Shown here: piece after piece, positions 11,301 to 23,261 of the stretch
How the letters are laid out: every line of letters starts with the position of its first letter
Numbering within the stretch: position 1 is the first letter of the stretch
Position numbers and translations under genes: made by a program
NCBI RefSeq assembly: GCF_001194135.2
Contig: NC_068987.1
Span: 50,375,762 to 50,412,174 of the forward strand
Length of the DNA stretch: 36,413 nucleotides
Direction of reading: 5' to 3'
DNA from: Octopus bimaculoides
Lineage: Eukaryota
Notes under the pieces: model-generated
What the model saw: the letters and a program-made list of their open reading frames with translations, nothing else
What the model was told of the DNA's origin: nothing
Databases searched by the model: none

Positions 11301-13598
11301 TCATCACAGTCGACTTAGATAGATTTCGTAGGCAGGGATCTGGTTACTGGAAGCTGAATCGTCCCTCCCAGCGTGCCAAGCTTACAGAAACCGGATTAGC
11401 GAATTAATTAAGCGCGTGCTGACGGAGTCAGTTGTCAACAACAAATGGTAGCTTTCCCCGAAAAGGACAATTAGAGTACAATCAACTGGGTTTAGGCATT
11501 AACGATAAAAAAAACCGAATAGAGGGAGGCTTAGTTAGAAACTTAGAAGAGGCGCTTAGGAAGGACATCGTAACCAACATGCTGGCGACGAGATTGGGCC
11601 AATTCTTCAACGCTAAGCACGAAGGATGCATTGTTAGAGCTAAAGCGTATGCTCTAAGAAACGAGGAAACTGAAGTAGCTCGGTGGGCCTGAGTGGTAGA
11701 GTGACAACGTAGCAACAAAGCTACGGTTCGGTCATTGGCGAACTAAAGTGAGCGTACGGTACTCAAGCCCGAGCAAAGTGGGGCGCGCACTCTTCCGCTT
11801 TCTGTGGAGGGGATGCGTTCCACTAGTCAGGCACTCCATTTGCTGTCAACAACCGCTAAATGGAGAACTGGGCATGCCGTGGCTGCAGATGCGCAGATAT
11901 GCGCTTAGGCAGGGCTGCCTTGACGGTGAGCAAGTATAATCGCTGTTTGTCAGGCAGGATTTTCCACAGCTTGTCTCTTTGACTGAGCTACAGTCCTGGA
12001 TCAAGCGTAGACCGAGGTAAGGCACCTGGCAGGCGCTCACAGTCCCCTGTCAGTCGGGCAATGTGGTCGGTGGAAATTCCACTATGGCGTTCTATTGGGG
12101 GTCAGTGGCGGGTGAGTGCAACGATGCTTTCAGGGAGACTCTGGACGTCGACAAGAACGAGTTGGGCGGTCTGTTCTGGAGAACTTTCAGGACGGGACCT
12201 ATGGATAATTTCCAGAAATCCTTGGCCTGGCAGTGCTACCGGGGAGCACTACCTGTTCGAGATAAACTCTACAAGCACGGAAGTGAAGTCAGCCGGGCTT
12301 GCTCGAGATGCGCGCAGAGCGATGAAACTATTCTGCATGCTCTCGTCCAGTGCCTGAGTATTTCTAAGTTGTGGGTTTATGTCGAACACCTGCTGTCGCG
12401 TGTAGGACGAATCCAGCTATCGTCTAAGTCCATCGTGAGGATAGTCCCGCCGGCGAAAATTTTTCCTACGTGAGTAATGAACTCATTTGTATACAGCCAA
12501 TCAGAGCTCACCTGGAAAATTCACATACTGTGTACAACTACAGTACAGCCAGTCAGGTATAGAATGGTGTGCCACTCTGTGAGTACAGCATAGCAAATGT
12601 CACATAAGCACCACATTCCCCACCATCCTCATAGATCAATTGAGCAGCATCTCTATATGGAGCTAACATTAGGTACCTATGCTCAGACTGAGATTAGTGA
12701 TACTACATGTACCCACTGCTATATGCAAGGAGGGCGCAATACGACACAACGCCATATTGATTACGATGTTTCCAGATCAACACCAACATTTTAAATTAGG
12801 AATGTATAAAATCAGTCAAAAAATTAGGAAACTACACACATTTATATTTTCTAGTAAATTACGCAAATTGGCAACACTTATGACATCGTCGGTGAGCAGC
12901 TCTCCATTCTCTTTATACACTAAATTTCACATTTGTCATCCCTATTAACCCGTTTAGAACAGTCGGATTTTGTTATAACACACACTTTCCACTGAACTCA
13001 ACCAGAGTATTTTCGTGACCAGGTGGACACTAGTTTGATATTTGAGCTCTGATTAGCTGTATGCAAATGAGTTCATAACTGGGGTCCGGAACTCTCGTGG
13101 GAAAAAAAATTTCGCGTCCGACCGCCTTGCTTTGGCAGGGAGGAACAGGCTGTTTTTCTTTCCCTGATAGCCTTAGCGAAAGAGGTTGTGTGGTGGATCA
13201 GATTGAAAAGGCTGAAAACACATTTTTCTCTTTGGCCAAGTTCTCATCAACTTTTTCAAGTTGCACTTGAAAAGGAAAGTGAGTGTAGATAGGGAAGTGC
13301 TGCCTCCCAGCAATTTTATTAAAAGGAGGGTGAATGTTGCAAGAATGCGTCTGTAGACAAAGTGGAAAGGGCACTTACCCTGGTGATCAGGACTGTTGTG
13401 AACTTGTGGGCTTTTCACGAGCAGTCCTAGGTCACCCACTTTTGGGGAATTTTGTTGTTATATTCGATTATTGTTTTAGTTTTTCATTGTTTACATGAAT
13501 TTCATGTAACTCCACATTGTATTTGTCCTGTGTTGTCCACAATGCTTTTTTTGTATATAAGCCCTTAGTGGTTAATAAAGAAATCATTATTATTATTA
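8393..13598 (+). mobile_element. Near-full-length decayed L1/Tx1-clade LINE (ORF1, APE endonuclease, RT deleted, C-terminal Cys domain, 3' UTR, ATT tail)
   Basis: ORF1 remnant 8979-10640 with decayed knuckle VEGRKP*YHICGETNRSKAFYP (~9718-9783). APE at 10643-11400 (GSINACD, ISEIRL, VGVYA, SYLDRLF, TDHKFV, GSGYWKLN). LFRFLWRG thumb at ~11790. WQCYRGALPVRD...CSRC...ETILHALVQC at 12230-12355. AATAAA at 13574. The 5' 90 bp lies across a 500-N gap (8479-8978), so the start is uncertain. Confidence 0.9.
12452..13121. mobile_element. Non-autonomous TIR DNA element (~670 bp) inserted in Tx1 ORF2, superfamily unassigned
   Basis: 12477-12510 matches the reverse complement of 13043-13076 at 32/34. Outer arms GCGAAAATTTTTCCTACGTGAGT and ACTCTCGTGGGAAAAAAAATTTCGC. 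The host ORF resumes as PCFGREEQAVFLSLIALAKEVVWW. Candidate TSD CCGCC (12447-51 and 13122-26). Confidence 0.85.
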
Positions 13599-13599
13599 C

Positions 13600-14155
13600 T
13601 GAGTGAGAGAGCAGTGCATGCCATCAATGTGACACTGGGGTAAAATATACGAAGACCAGTATACCCATCATGACTATCCGTCTGATAAGGGTACACCAGA
13701 CACATGCATCACAACCATGTGTGCGAGACGTGGTGACCTTATATCAAGATAAACAGCACATGATCTTGCAGGTGGGGCCCAATTAGAATTTTCTTCAGGT
13801 CGAGTAGCCCATTCCGCTCTAAAGTTCCATGAATAAGGGTTGTTTGAGGATGTTGAACGAAACACTCATGTTTCCAGAGGTGAATTATCCAAATCCCAAA
13901 GAATTTGTCTCAACACATGGCTATAATGCTCCTCCACTACTTCTGCTCATGATCAGAGATGCACATATCATCAGCCACCAAGGAACATGCTCAGCTGGTT
14001 AAGGTCAAACAACTGACAAGCAAATCTGTTGTATTAAGCAGAATATTTGCTGTAGCCCATCTTTATATACCAAGACAAATCAATGTACATGATAACACTT
14101 CCAATCAGTTAAGATCAGAAGCCATGAGAGTCACTGCCTGGTACTGCATCCAGGC
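13600..14155 (-). mobile_element. ~550-bp TAA-associated element, copy 4, in the ATT tail of the Tx1 LINE
   Basis: Colinear with copies 1-3; both ends present (...TACTGCATCCAGGC|ATATTATT). Confidence 0.85.
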
Positions 14156-14169
14156 ATATTATTAAAAAA

Positions 14170-14450
14170 AAGTACTAGTGAAACATTGAGTGTTGATATA
14201 ATCGACTATTTCCCTCCTCGCAAATTGCTACCCTTGTGGAAAAATTTGAAACCATTATTATTATTATGGTGGCGAGCAGGCAGAGACGTTAGCACGCCGG
14301 GCAAAATGCTTAGCGGTACCCCGTTCTGGGTTCAAATTCCGCCGAGGTCGACTTTGCCTTGTATCCTTTCGGGGTCGATAAATTGAGTACCAGTCAAATA
14401 CTGACTAGTCCCCTCCCCCAAAACTTACTAGAAAGGATTATTATTGTTAT
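14170..14450 (+). mobile_element. Two tandem SINE family A copies (3' half at 14170-14265, fuller copy at 14267-14450), each with an ATT tail
   Basis: GGTTCAAATTCCGCCGAGGTCGACTTTGCC core at ~14330; tails TTTGAAACC(ATT)n and TAGAAAGG(ATT)n. Confidence 0.8.
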
Positions 14451-14689
14451 TATTGATGTTTCGTTGTCATTTACTAAAACCACAAGAAGTCCTTGACACC
14501 CTATTCTACTATTTGTGGCCTCTGTCCTCGATCTTCGACCAAAATATTTTATTCTTTATTTTGTCCACTTATACATCATAATATGATGTAATTTTGGGTT
14601 CAAGAAAAAAAATTGAATGTTGCATCTCAAATTGAGTGACATGGTGTCATTTATGGTGTGGTAAAGAATGCTGCATTTGAACTAGTTGA

Positions 14690-14800
14690 GGGTCTGGAAA
14701 ATGCCTTGCAGTATTTAGTTGCATTCCTTTATAATCTGTGTTCGAATCCCTCAAAAAGCGACTTTCATTCTTCCGGGGTCGGTAAAATAAGTACCAATTA
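14690..14800 (+). mobile_element. Old SINE family A fragment
   Basis: GTTCGAATCCC...GACTTTCATTCTTCCGGGGTCGGTAAAATAAGTACC. Confidence 0.6.
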
Positions 14801-15615
14801 CCAATCAAGCATTAAATTAATATAAAATCCAGCTTTCTGCTCCACAAATTTGTGGTTCTGTACATACCTCAGAAGCCATTACACTCGGACAATAATGTCC
14901 CTTTTGGTAATCCATATAGAAATTATCCTTTCCTGTGCACTGGTGTTAGGACTCGGTAATTTAATGGCTTAGATTACAAGACAAGGTCGTTGATATTACT
15001 GTGATTGTTCATTGTAGGTAGTATTATTTATATAAAAAAGGTAAGGTGATTCTACTGTTTAATTTAAATGTTTACTTTCTTTGTAAATTCAACGTTGTTG
15101 CAATACTTTAAAGGGAGGTAACCCATTTTCAAAGACCTCAAAATTGATTGATTTCTGTTTAACAAAGAATCCGACTGAGATGGTGATATCGTGTGACCAC
15201 CGAAGATCCTGGCAACATTCTCTAAATTGAGCGGATTTCATAATCGCAGCGACATATTATAACAAGCAAACGGAATTCAAACAATCTAAAACAAAAAAGA
15301 AGAACTGGAATCGAGGAAAAGAAATACGGATATAGGTGCAAGGTATGTGCCTCATATTTTCCTTGTTGACGACTATCATAAGGTTATACGTATGAAGAAA
15401 GGATCTGTTCTGAGACATATTTTGCTTATGTTATTTAACTAGATATGTCTCATTTTCCTCACATATCAAAGGTAGTGTTATTGTTTTATGCATCTATAAA
15501 CTGAATACTTATAGCTTGAATAATTTCCGGTTTTGATTCATATGTATAACGGCATTTTAACTACGGGAATTTGAACGATGTCGACGAAAGAGTATATATA
15601 CACACGTACACATGC

Positions 15616-15646
<31 letters not shown>

Positions 15647-17949
15647 TAGTTACATACGTACACGAAAGGATAATTAACCTGATCTAGTCTTTCTACTTTT
15701 TAGTGGACAAAATATGAAATGTTTTCAAAATCATTATAAAAATTACTGCTATTAACCTATCTAAAAAAGACAAAACAAACTTGGTTGTTGTCTTTGTGGA
15801 ATATATTGCTTTTAGTTTGTGTATTCGTTTGCTCATGTAACTGAATGAAGAAGCTATACGATCGAGTCATCAATTAAATTGATTTGTTAATTAACTATTC
15901 GGGCATATATGTATATTCGCTGATATATTTTGTTTTTTAGTTTCTGCAGTTAAAATAACAAATTAAGCAGGTTCTCAGTTATATTCAGTCCATATTGCGT
16001 TTGTACCTTTATTGCAATGTTCATTATTCTTCCTCCTCCGCCTCCCCGTAATGACCCTGTGCCTTTGTTTAGAAATCAGTTATCTAATTGCAATATAAAA
16101 TACTACTTTATCTTCTAGTATCTTCTATTATTCCCTTATTATTCAATATATTTACTCTTAAACACTACATGTTATTACTTAATAAAATATATTTACTAAA
16201 TATTATTCATTGTCACATGGTGGAGAGATGGAGTGCTTTACTGTTTCATCTCTTCGAGGGTAGATAAAATGAAAACTCTTTATTACTTTGATTCAGTCTC
16301 AAATTTTATTATATTTTGCCACAGTTAAAAACCGATTATCATCAAAAGACATTCAAGGTACAGGTTGTTAGGTCGGTAACGTGCCGGATTAGATGTCTTG
16401 AGTAGTAGTTATGTCCCTTTATATTAAAATCCCGCCAAGTCCTCAAGTTTGGCTTTATCTTTCCGTGGCTGGTTGGTTGATAAGAAAGATAAAGATATAA
16501 TTTATGTACTTGAGGTCGATTTACGTTGATCAAAATATGCGGTCTCATGGTAAGATTAGACATCTTTATAATGGGAAAGGCTGTAGAATAGGAAGACAGT
16601 CGGAGTAAAGGTGGTTTTGTATTTAATTTCGTTGGAATCGATTTCTATATACATTCACAATAAAAAAGTGCTTGTGCCAATAAAAGTAATTATGCATTTG
16701 ATGAGACAGCGAAGATGCTTCGTTCATGCAGTTGAACACCGACACAAAAGCGTTATAGTATGTAAATATCGCCACATGTAAGTTTCAAGTTCAAATCCTG
16801 CCAGGTCAACTTCACCTTTCATTATCCCACCTAGGTCGTATAGTCCTAGTAACATTACAAACGACAATTTATCCCTTCAAATATTTCTGCCAATGTTCTG
16901 TATCTTTTAGAAGCGATTAAGAACCCAATTTCGAAAAGCATTGATTATTCTCTTTAGAGAGGTTTTGTTTTGATATTTTCTTTACTCGTGTTAATGCGTA
17001 CAAATCACTGTGTAGTGGGAAAGTAAATGAAATAAATAAACGCGCAAGTTGTTACTGCGATTTTGTAAAGAATATATTTTCGTTCAAGAAATCTGGAGGT
17101 TATGAAAAGTGAAGTTACACTGAATCTTACAGAATTTCATTATATTGTAATAAAAAGAAAATCGCTTGAATGAATAAGAATTGTGATGTTGGTAGTAGTT
17201 GTTGTTTTGTCCCAGGCATTCGGCAGGTTTGGGATAGAGGCGTTCGCCATGACCTGACCATCCCTTCTAGTCAACGACAAATAGTATACGATGGCCTTTC
17301 CTTAAGATAATAGGGCAAGTTTTGAGTGGAGATTTAGTTGTAATTAGCCATGATACAATATATGTTATTGAAATGTACACGTATGTAAGTTTCACATCTT
17401 CGTTATCAGTTTTATCTATATTTTACAGTATTGCTTAGTTGTTTAACCCGAAGCAAAATTTGATCGAGCACACATCTAGGATGACAGGCTTATTCCAGCT
17501 GTAATCGTCATATACTTTATGGAGGATCTGGGACTAGTTTTCTAATGTGTATTAAAAAATTTTTGGCGATTCTTCGATACTGGTATACAGAGCGTCGGTA
17601 TGAGGAGACGACGTCATTCACCTTTTTCAGCCTAGCCTCTTTATATCTTGAGGGAAAGTTTTGTGGGTGAATGACGTTGTGTACCTGTATCGAAAGATTG
17701 CCAGGTGGGTAACTTTAAAGAACAGCTTTCTACCTGCCTCAAACATACATATATGGTTGTGTTTGATGTATTTTATAGCCGAATGAAACTTCGATTCCCA
17801 GTGTGTATGATGGACCGTCGCTATGTCTAACTCTAGACTAGAAATAGTTTTATTGGACTAAAGAAATATGTCTTATATTTTCATGCTTTTCTCAAAAGAT
17901 AGTAGATAGTGGCTTTGGTTCTGGTGTTTTCTAACCATATCATGTTTTT

Positions 17950-19650
17950 CCCTAAGAGTACACAAGAAGAATTACTTGGAGTACATGAATCACAACCAAA
18001 AGCTGACAAAGAATAATCATATTTTGGACAGAAGGCATCTTATCTGAAATGTATGCGAACTTCACCAGAGTGGCTTTCCTACCAAGTATCACCTCGTCTT
18101 GAGAATTGCAAAAAATAAGAAACCTTACTCATTTTCTGAAGTTTTAATCTTGCTCCACTGCAAAGATATTGTTGATTGTATGTTTAGAGAGAATGATGCA
18201 AAGAAACTGAACACTGCCACTGTCAAAGGATAAATGTTTATTGAAGAATATCTGGTATACTTGTTTCAAATTTTGGCACAAAGCCAGCAATTTCAGGGGA
18301 GTGGGGTAAGTTGATTACATTGACTTCTGTACTCAACTGGTACTTATTTTATCGACCCCGAAAAGATGAAAGGCAAAGTCAACTCTGGCAGAATTTGAAC
18401 CCAGAACGTAAAGATGGACAAAATGCTACTAAGCATTTTGCGCATTGCTAACTATTCTGCCAGCTTGCTACCTTTTGAATTTCTTATATATTAGATGATA
18501 TAAAACTAAAGTTATTTTGGAAAATCAAAGAGGTTCTGCTAGGTATATTTACTATCCACCATGAAGAGCACACAAACATTATCCGATACTGAGCTGCTTA
18601 TATATTCAAGACACCTAAAAGATTATTATTTTAAAGAAGAATTCTTGTTTTGTCACTCCATGGAGTGCTTAAGAAAAGAGATCATAATGAAGTTATATCT
18701 AGTTTCTTTTTGAAAAGAACGTCTTTCTTAGAAAATAGCACTTAGCAGTACAACTGACAGAGCTCCTGCAATGCTGAGATATAGATTTGGTTTGTTTGCA
18801 AGAGTGTTTTTGCCAAGCCTGATATAAAGAAAACGCACAGTGTGATCCATAGGTATGCTATTATGTATGAAGACACTGTCTCTAGCTCTCAAATCTATTT
18901 TTAATGATGTTGTCATAGTGATTTTTGTCAAATCTATTTCTGTGTATATAAGGATATTGTACTTATTGAATTAAAAATTAAATGCTGAATGAGAGACTTT
19001 TTGCTTCTTACAGACGTGAGATGGCTTCCAATTAGTAATATGGTAGCTAGAGTTGCATTGATGAAAGACAAAATGGAATTTTTTAAGAAATCAAAGGGAT
19101 AAACCAAGCAAGTTTGTAAATTAACTTTCTGACAACAAATGAATGATAGCCAACCTGAATGATATTTTCATTTGACTCAATGAAATCAACAAGGCCATTC
19201 AAGTTGTACACTTTGTCAACAAGGTAGAACCATTTCAGATGAAATAGTTGTAGAATGAAAAAATCAAGGGCAGGTCATTATGACATTTTGGGATGTATGA
19301 AAGCTTTACACTGCTGGAAGTAGAGGAAATTAATGTGCTATCTGAAAAGCTTTTTGTTTCTACCTCAATAAATCCTATCCAGCCCATGTGAGCATGGAAA
19401 AGTAGATATTAAAATGATGATGATGTGTGAGGTATTAGATTTTCATATCAACCCGTTTGAAATCCTTTTAGATTTAATTCCCGAGCAGTTCCAGACAAGC
19501 TGTAAAATGAATTTGCGGAATTTCTGAATAATTCCACATCCAAATATCATTTGTAGCAAAATTCTGGTGTTCTGTGTGTCTAGAAAATTTGCGGAGAGCT
19601 TTTTGTTGTTCCCATTCACTTATCATTGTGATCAAGGGTGTAGGGTAGGT
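17950..19650 (+). mobile_element. hAT (Buster/Charlie, ZBED5-like) transposase fossil interrupted by a SINE
   Basis: YHLVLRIAKNKKPYSFSEVLILLHCKDIVDCM (~18087-18185), TTDRAPAML (catalytic DGA region, ~18750), THSVIHRYA (CxxH motif, ~18835), LTDVRWL (~19010) and LFPFTYHCDQG (C-terminal dimerisation region, ~19610). Many stops and frameshifts. Confidence 0.85.
18262..18472 (-). mobile_element. SINE family A inserted in the hAT fossil
   Basis: Reverse complement of the family A core (GATGAAAGGCAAAGTCAAC..GAATTTGAACCC). Confidence 0.85.
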
Positions 19651-19932
19651 GTGAGAAGACAGATCTGGCCAGTTTGAACTTAAAATAAGTAGAATATTAG
19701 GGCCAGCTTAAATGCTAAAGGGTTAACCCACCTGACACTGCTCTTGGTCCCATGATACATATTTCCTTTTTAAAATGGTTTAAATTAAAACCTTCCATGA
19801 AAACTTCATGTTAATTTATGTTCCAAATACCATCTTAATAATGACAAAGTTATTTTACTAAATTTTTCATTATTCTCAAAATAAATTGAAACAAAGGCAG
19901 TGTATTTCAACAGAAATTTGGTAACAAAAAGG
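19650..19932. mobile_element. Two abutting piggyBac-type MITEs sharing TTAA at 19723-19726
   Basis: ...TGCTAAAGGG|TTAA|CCC...AAAAAGG|TTAA (19933-36). The second is homologous to 24280-24526. Confidence 0.65.
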
Positions 19933-20299
19933 TTAAGTTAATTTATTTCTGAATAAATTTACATCAGGCACGGGCAATCTTTTCTGAGAAGCGGGCTGTG
20001 AAAGACATCGTTTACCATGATACTGGCTGCATTACTAAAATATGCGATGGCACTTTTTCATTAGGCATGCCCATGACTCTTTTATATGATTGTTTGGCCT
20101 GCTAGAAATACCAGCCAAATCTCTCCCTCTTTATTGCCTGAAAAATAGATAAAGGACGGCTGTTGATCACAGGTCTGCACAATCATCTGAGCTGGGCTAA
20201 ACAACTAAGTATTTCTTCATTGAAACAAAACAATCATATGTTGGAGTGTCATAAAAAGATGGGTTTTGTTGAGACTGAATTGTATTTTTCAGGGCAACA

Positions 20300-21370
20300 A
20301 TTCTTGGTTGTTTGGTGGTTGGTAAGCAACCTAATAAATACACAGAGCTGTGTAAGCCATGTACAGAGAGGTTCTCAGCAAGTTGACAGTAAAGAGTTCT
20401 GAGATTGATAAAGTGTGTAGGTAGATGTCTATCAGGGCTTGGTTTTCAGCCCCACTCCAGGCCAAAAGGTGAGTTCACAATTGGCTATCTGTGAGAAGTC
20501 TTGTATACTGATAACCTGGTGTTCATAGCTGAATCTTTAGAAGATTAAGTGAAGAAATCCCAACCACGAAAGCCAAACCCAGAATTGAGAGAGCTGAAAG
20601 TAAACTTAGCAATAACAAAAATTTTAGTTAGCGAGAAAGAAGACAGGATTCTGCTGCTATCTGAGAAGTGGCTTCGCTCAATAATTAGAAAAGGAGGAGG
20701 GAGGAATTCTATACACAATCATCGTTGTTTTAATATTCATTTTTCCATACCTGTAAGGGTTGCAAAATTCATTGAGACAAATTTTCTATGGCTGATACCC
20801 TTCCTTAGTGCCAACCACTTTAAAGGGTGTATTGGGTGCTCTTTTTCATTGCACCAACATTAGTGATGTTGCCATCTAGCTTGCAAGACTAAAGGCCCTG
20901 TTGACTTAGTAAATTCTTTCAAATACTTGGAAGGCTCCTAGAAGTAGTTGATAGCTTCTGGGGCATAATTAATAGTGGAAGTGGTTGCTCTGAAAACAGT
21001 AGATAGAGTAAGAATAGGGTGGAAAATGTTTAGGGAGCTATTTCCTTTGCTGGTAGCAAAAGACTTGCCTTTCTTAGTGAAGGGTAGATTTTATGAAACT
21101 TGTGTTCCCAGTGAATTATGGGTGGAGAATGTGTAAAGGCTGGAAAGAAAAGAGGGAGTATTCTTTGCTGGATGTATAATGTTATTGTGTATGAATAATA
21201 GAAAAAAAATAAATGAGCTCAGGGGATAAAACTTCGCAAAGAGAAATTAGTTGTAGTGTGAATGATATGCGGCTACACTGGTACAGGATGTGGTGTTTCT
21301 GGAGAATAACTCTTGGGTAAAAAAAAGGCGTTAAGTGATCCAAATGGAAGGAGTCTGAGGAAAATATGGG
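20300..21370 (+). mobile_element. RTE-clade LINE, decayed RT region
   Basis: VDVYQGLVFSPL (motif B'), LYTDNLVFIAESLE (decayed YADD), LKVNLAITKILVS, and RVRIGWKMFRELFPLL..KGRFYETCV. Confidence 0.85.
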
Positions 21371-21829
21371 AGGTTGATTTTATTTTTGGACATCAATTTT
21401 TACTTTGTTTACTGATTTCATGTTTTGAATTAAATTCATTGAAAGGATTGGAATAATAGTTACTAATTTTGGAACATTCTAGAGATACAGCAGTCTAGTT
21501 TCTTTTAGCTAGTAATAGTGATTTTGTTTCTTAATTCATCAAACATCTTAAAAAAGCACACAATCTGTGTGTGTATGTGTATGTGAGAAAGAGAAAGAGA
21601 GAGAGAGAAATAATTGATATCTGTTTCAATTCTTGAACAAAGTCCACAATTTAGTCCTAGTTAGCAATTTTTATGTTGTAGTTGCTCTTACATCTTAGGC
21701 ATTATAGTTGTGTGTAATAGAACGAAATGTTGCTTTCTAAATTTATCTCGTCAGAGTCTGTGATGATTCAGGTACTCGACTTCCTTCTCGTGCTTCACTT
21801 ACCTGGAAACAAATCAGTTCAGAAATTAT

Positions 21830-22200
21830 CTTTTACTTGTTTCAGTCATTAGACTGTGACCATGCTGGGACATTGCTTTGAAGAATTTTAGTTGAATGAA
21901 TTGACCCTGGTACTTATTTTTTAAAGCCTGGTACTCTCTTCTATTAGTCTCTTTTGCTGAACTGTTGAGTCACGGGGATGTAAACACACCAACACTGGTT
22001 GTCAAGCGGCAGTGATGGTGGGACAAATAAACATGTACAAATATATATAAGCATGCACATGCACTGCAGCCTTTGTTTGTGTGTGGTTAAGAAGTTTACT
22101 TCCCAATCTTGTGGTTTCAGGTTCAATCCCATTGTGCCTTAACTTGGTCAAGTGTCTTCTACTCTAGCTTGAGTCAACTGAAGACTTGTGGATGGATTTG
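21830..22200. mobile_element. SINE family B fragments (minus copy ~21830-22030, plus head ~22060-22200)
   Basis: Homologous to parts of the 22782-23183 copy. Confidence 0.7.
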
Positions 22201-22781
22201 ATAGATAGAAACTGAAAAAAGCTCATTGTATGTATGCCTGTGTGATTTTGTGCTTGAGTTCTTTGTCTTGATATTGTTTGATAGTTGTAAACGAGCACCA
22301 CTGTCATACAAACAGTGTCCTTATTTCCAATCTTCTGTGGAAATCACGTCTGGTCATGGAGATATATTACCTTGCTTGGAAACAAGTGAGCATTGGTGGC
22401 AGGAAGAGCATCCAGCTGTAGAAAATCTACCTCATTGAAATCCTTCTGACTCATGCAAGCATAGAAAAGGGAGCCTGTATGTAGTTGCTTGACATGTTAG
22501 ATATAGCTGCTAAATCATTTTCAATCATATCCTGTTGTCTCAAAAAGAAGTAAAAAAGGCTCCCTTGGATGATGTAGTGTTAGCTACATTAATTATTCTT
22601 TGATCTTAGGCTAAACAAGAAAAAGAAGAGAGATAGTGGGACGTCAAATTAACTGGCAGTTAGACACTTGGTAAAAAAAAGTAATGGAAATTATTATATG
22701 AAGTGTTGTGTATGTGTGTGTCTGTTTGTATGTGGATGTCTCTTTCTTTTGACAAAATGTTGCAAAATGACAGATGTAGAT

Positions 22782-23183
22782 GCAGGAGTGGCTGTGTGGT
22801 AAGTAGTTTGCTTACCAACCACATGGTTCTGGGTTCAGTCCCACTGCGTGGCATCTTGGACAAGTGTCTTCTGCTATAGCCTCGGGCCGACCAAAGCCTT
22901 GTGAGTGGATTTGGTAGATGGAAACTGAAAGAAGCCTGTTGTGTATATATGTATATATATATTTTTATATGTGTGTGTGTTTGTGTGTCTGTCTTTGTTC
23001 CCCCAACATTGCTTGACAACCGATGGTGGTGTGTTTACTTCCCCGTAACTTAGCGGCTTGGCAAAAGAGACCGATAGAATAAGTACTAGGCTTACAAAGA
23101 ATAAGTCCTGGGGTCAATTTGCTCGACTAAAGGCGGTGCTCCAGCATGGCCGCAGTCAAATGACTGAAACAAGTAAAAGAGTA
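22782..23183 (+). mobile_element. Full-length tRNA-derived SINE family B
   Basis: A box TGGCTGTGTGG, B box GGTTCAGTCCC, internal (TA)/(TG) tract, 3' TGACTGAAACAAGTAAAAGAGTA. A minus-strand homologue lies at 29364-29736. Confidence 0.9.
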
Positions 23184-23261
23184 TTCATTTCAATACCTTA
23201 TATATAATGTCAAAACCACTGAGCTGTTTACTACATTTTCCTAGTTACTTGATTAAAATCA

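Noticed and set aside
15165-15348. Plus-strand exon candidate ending AAG|GTATGT
   Set aside because: All three frames contain stops and the acceptor is weak; it could only be non-coding and has no further support.
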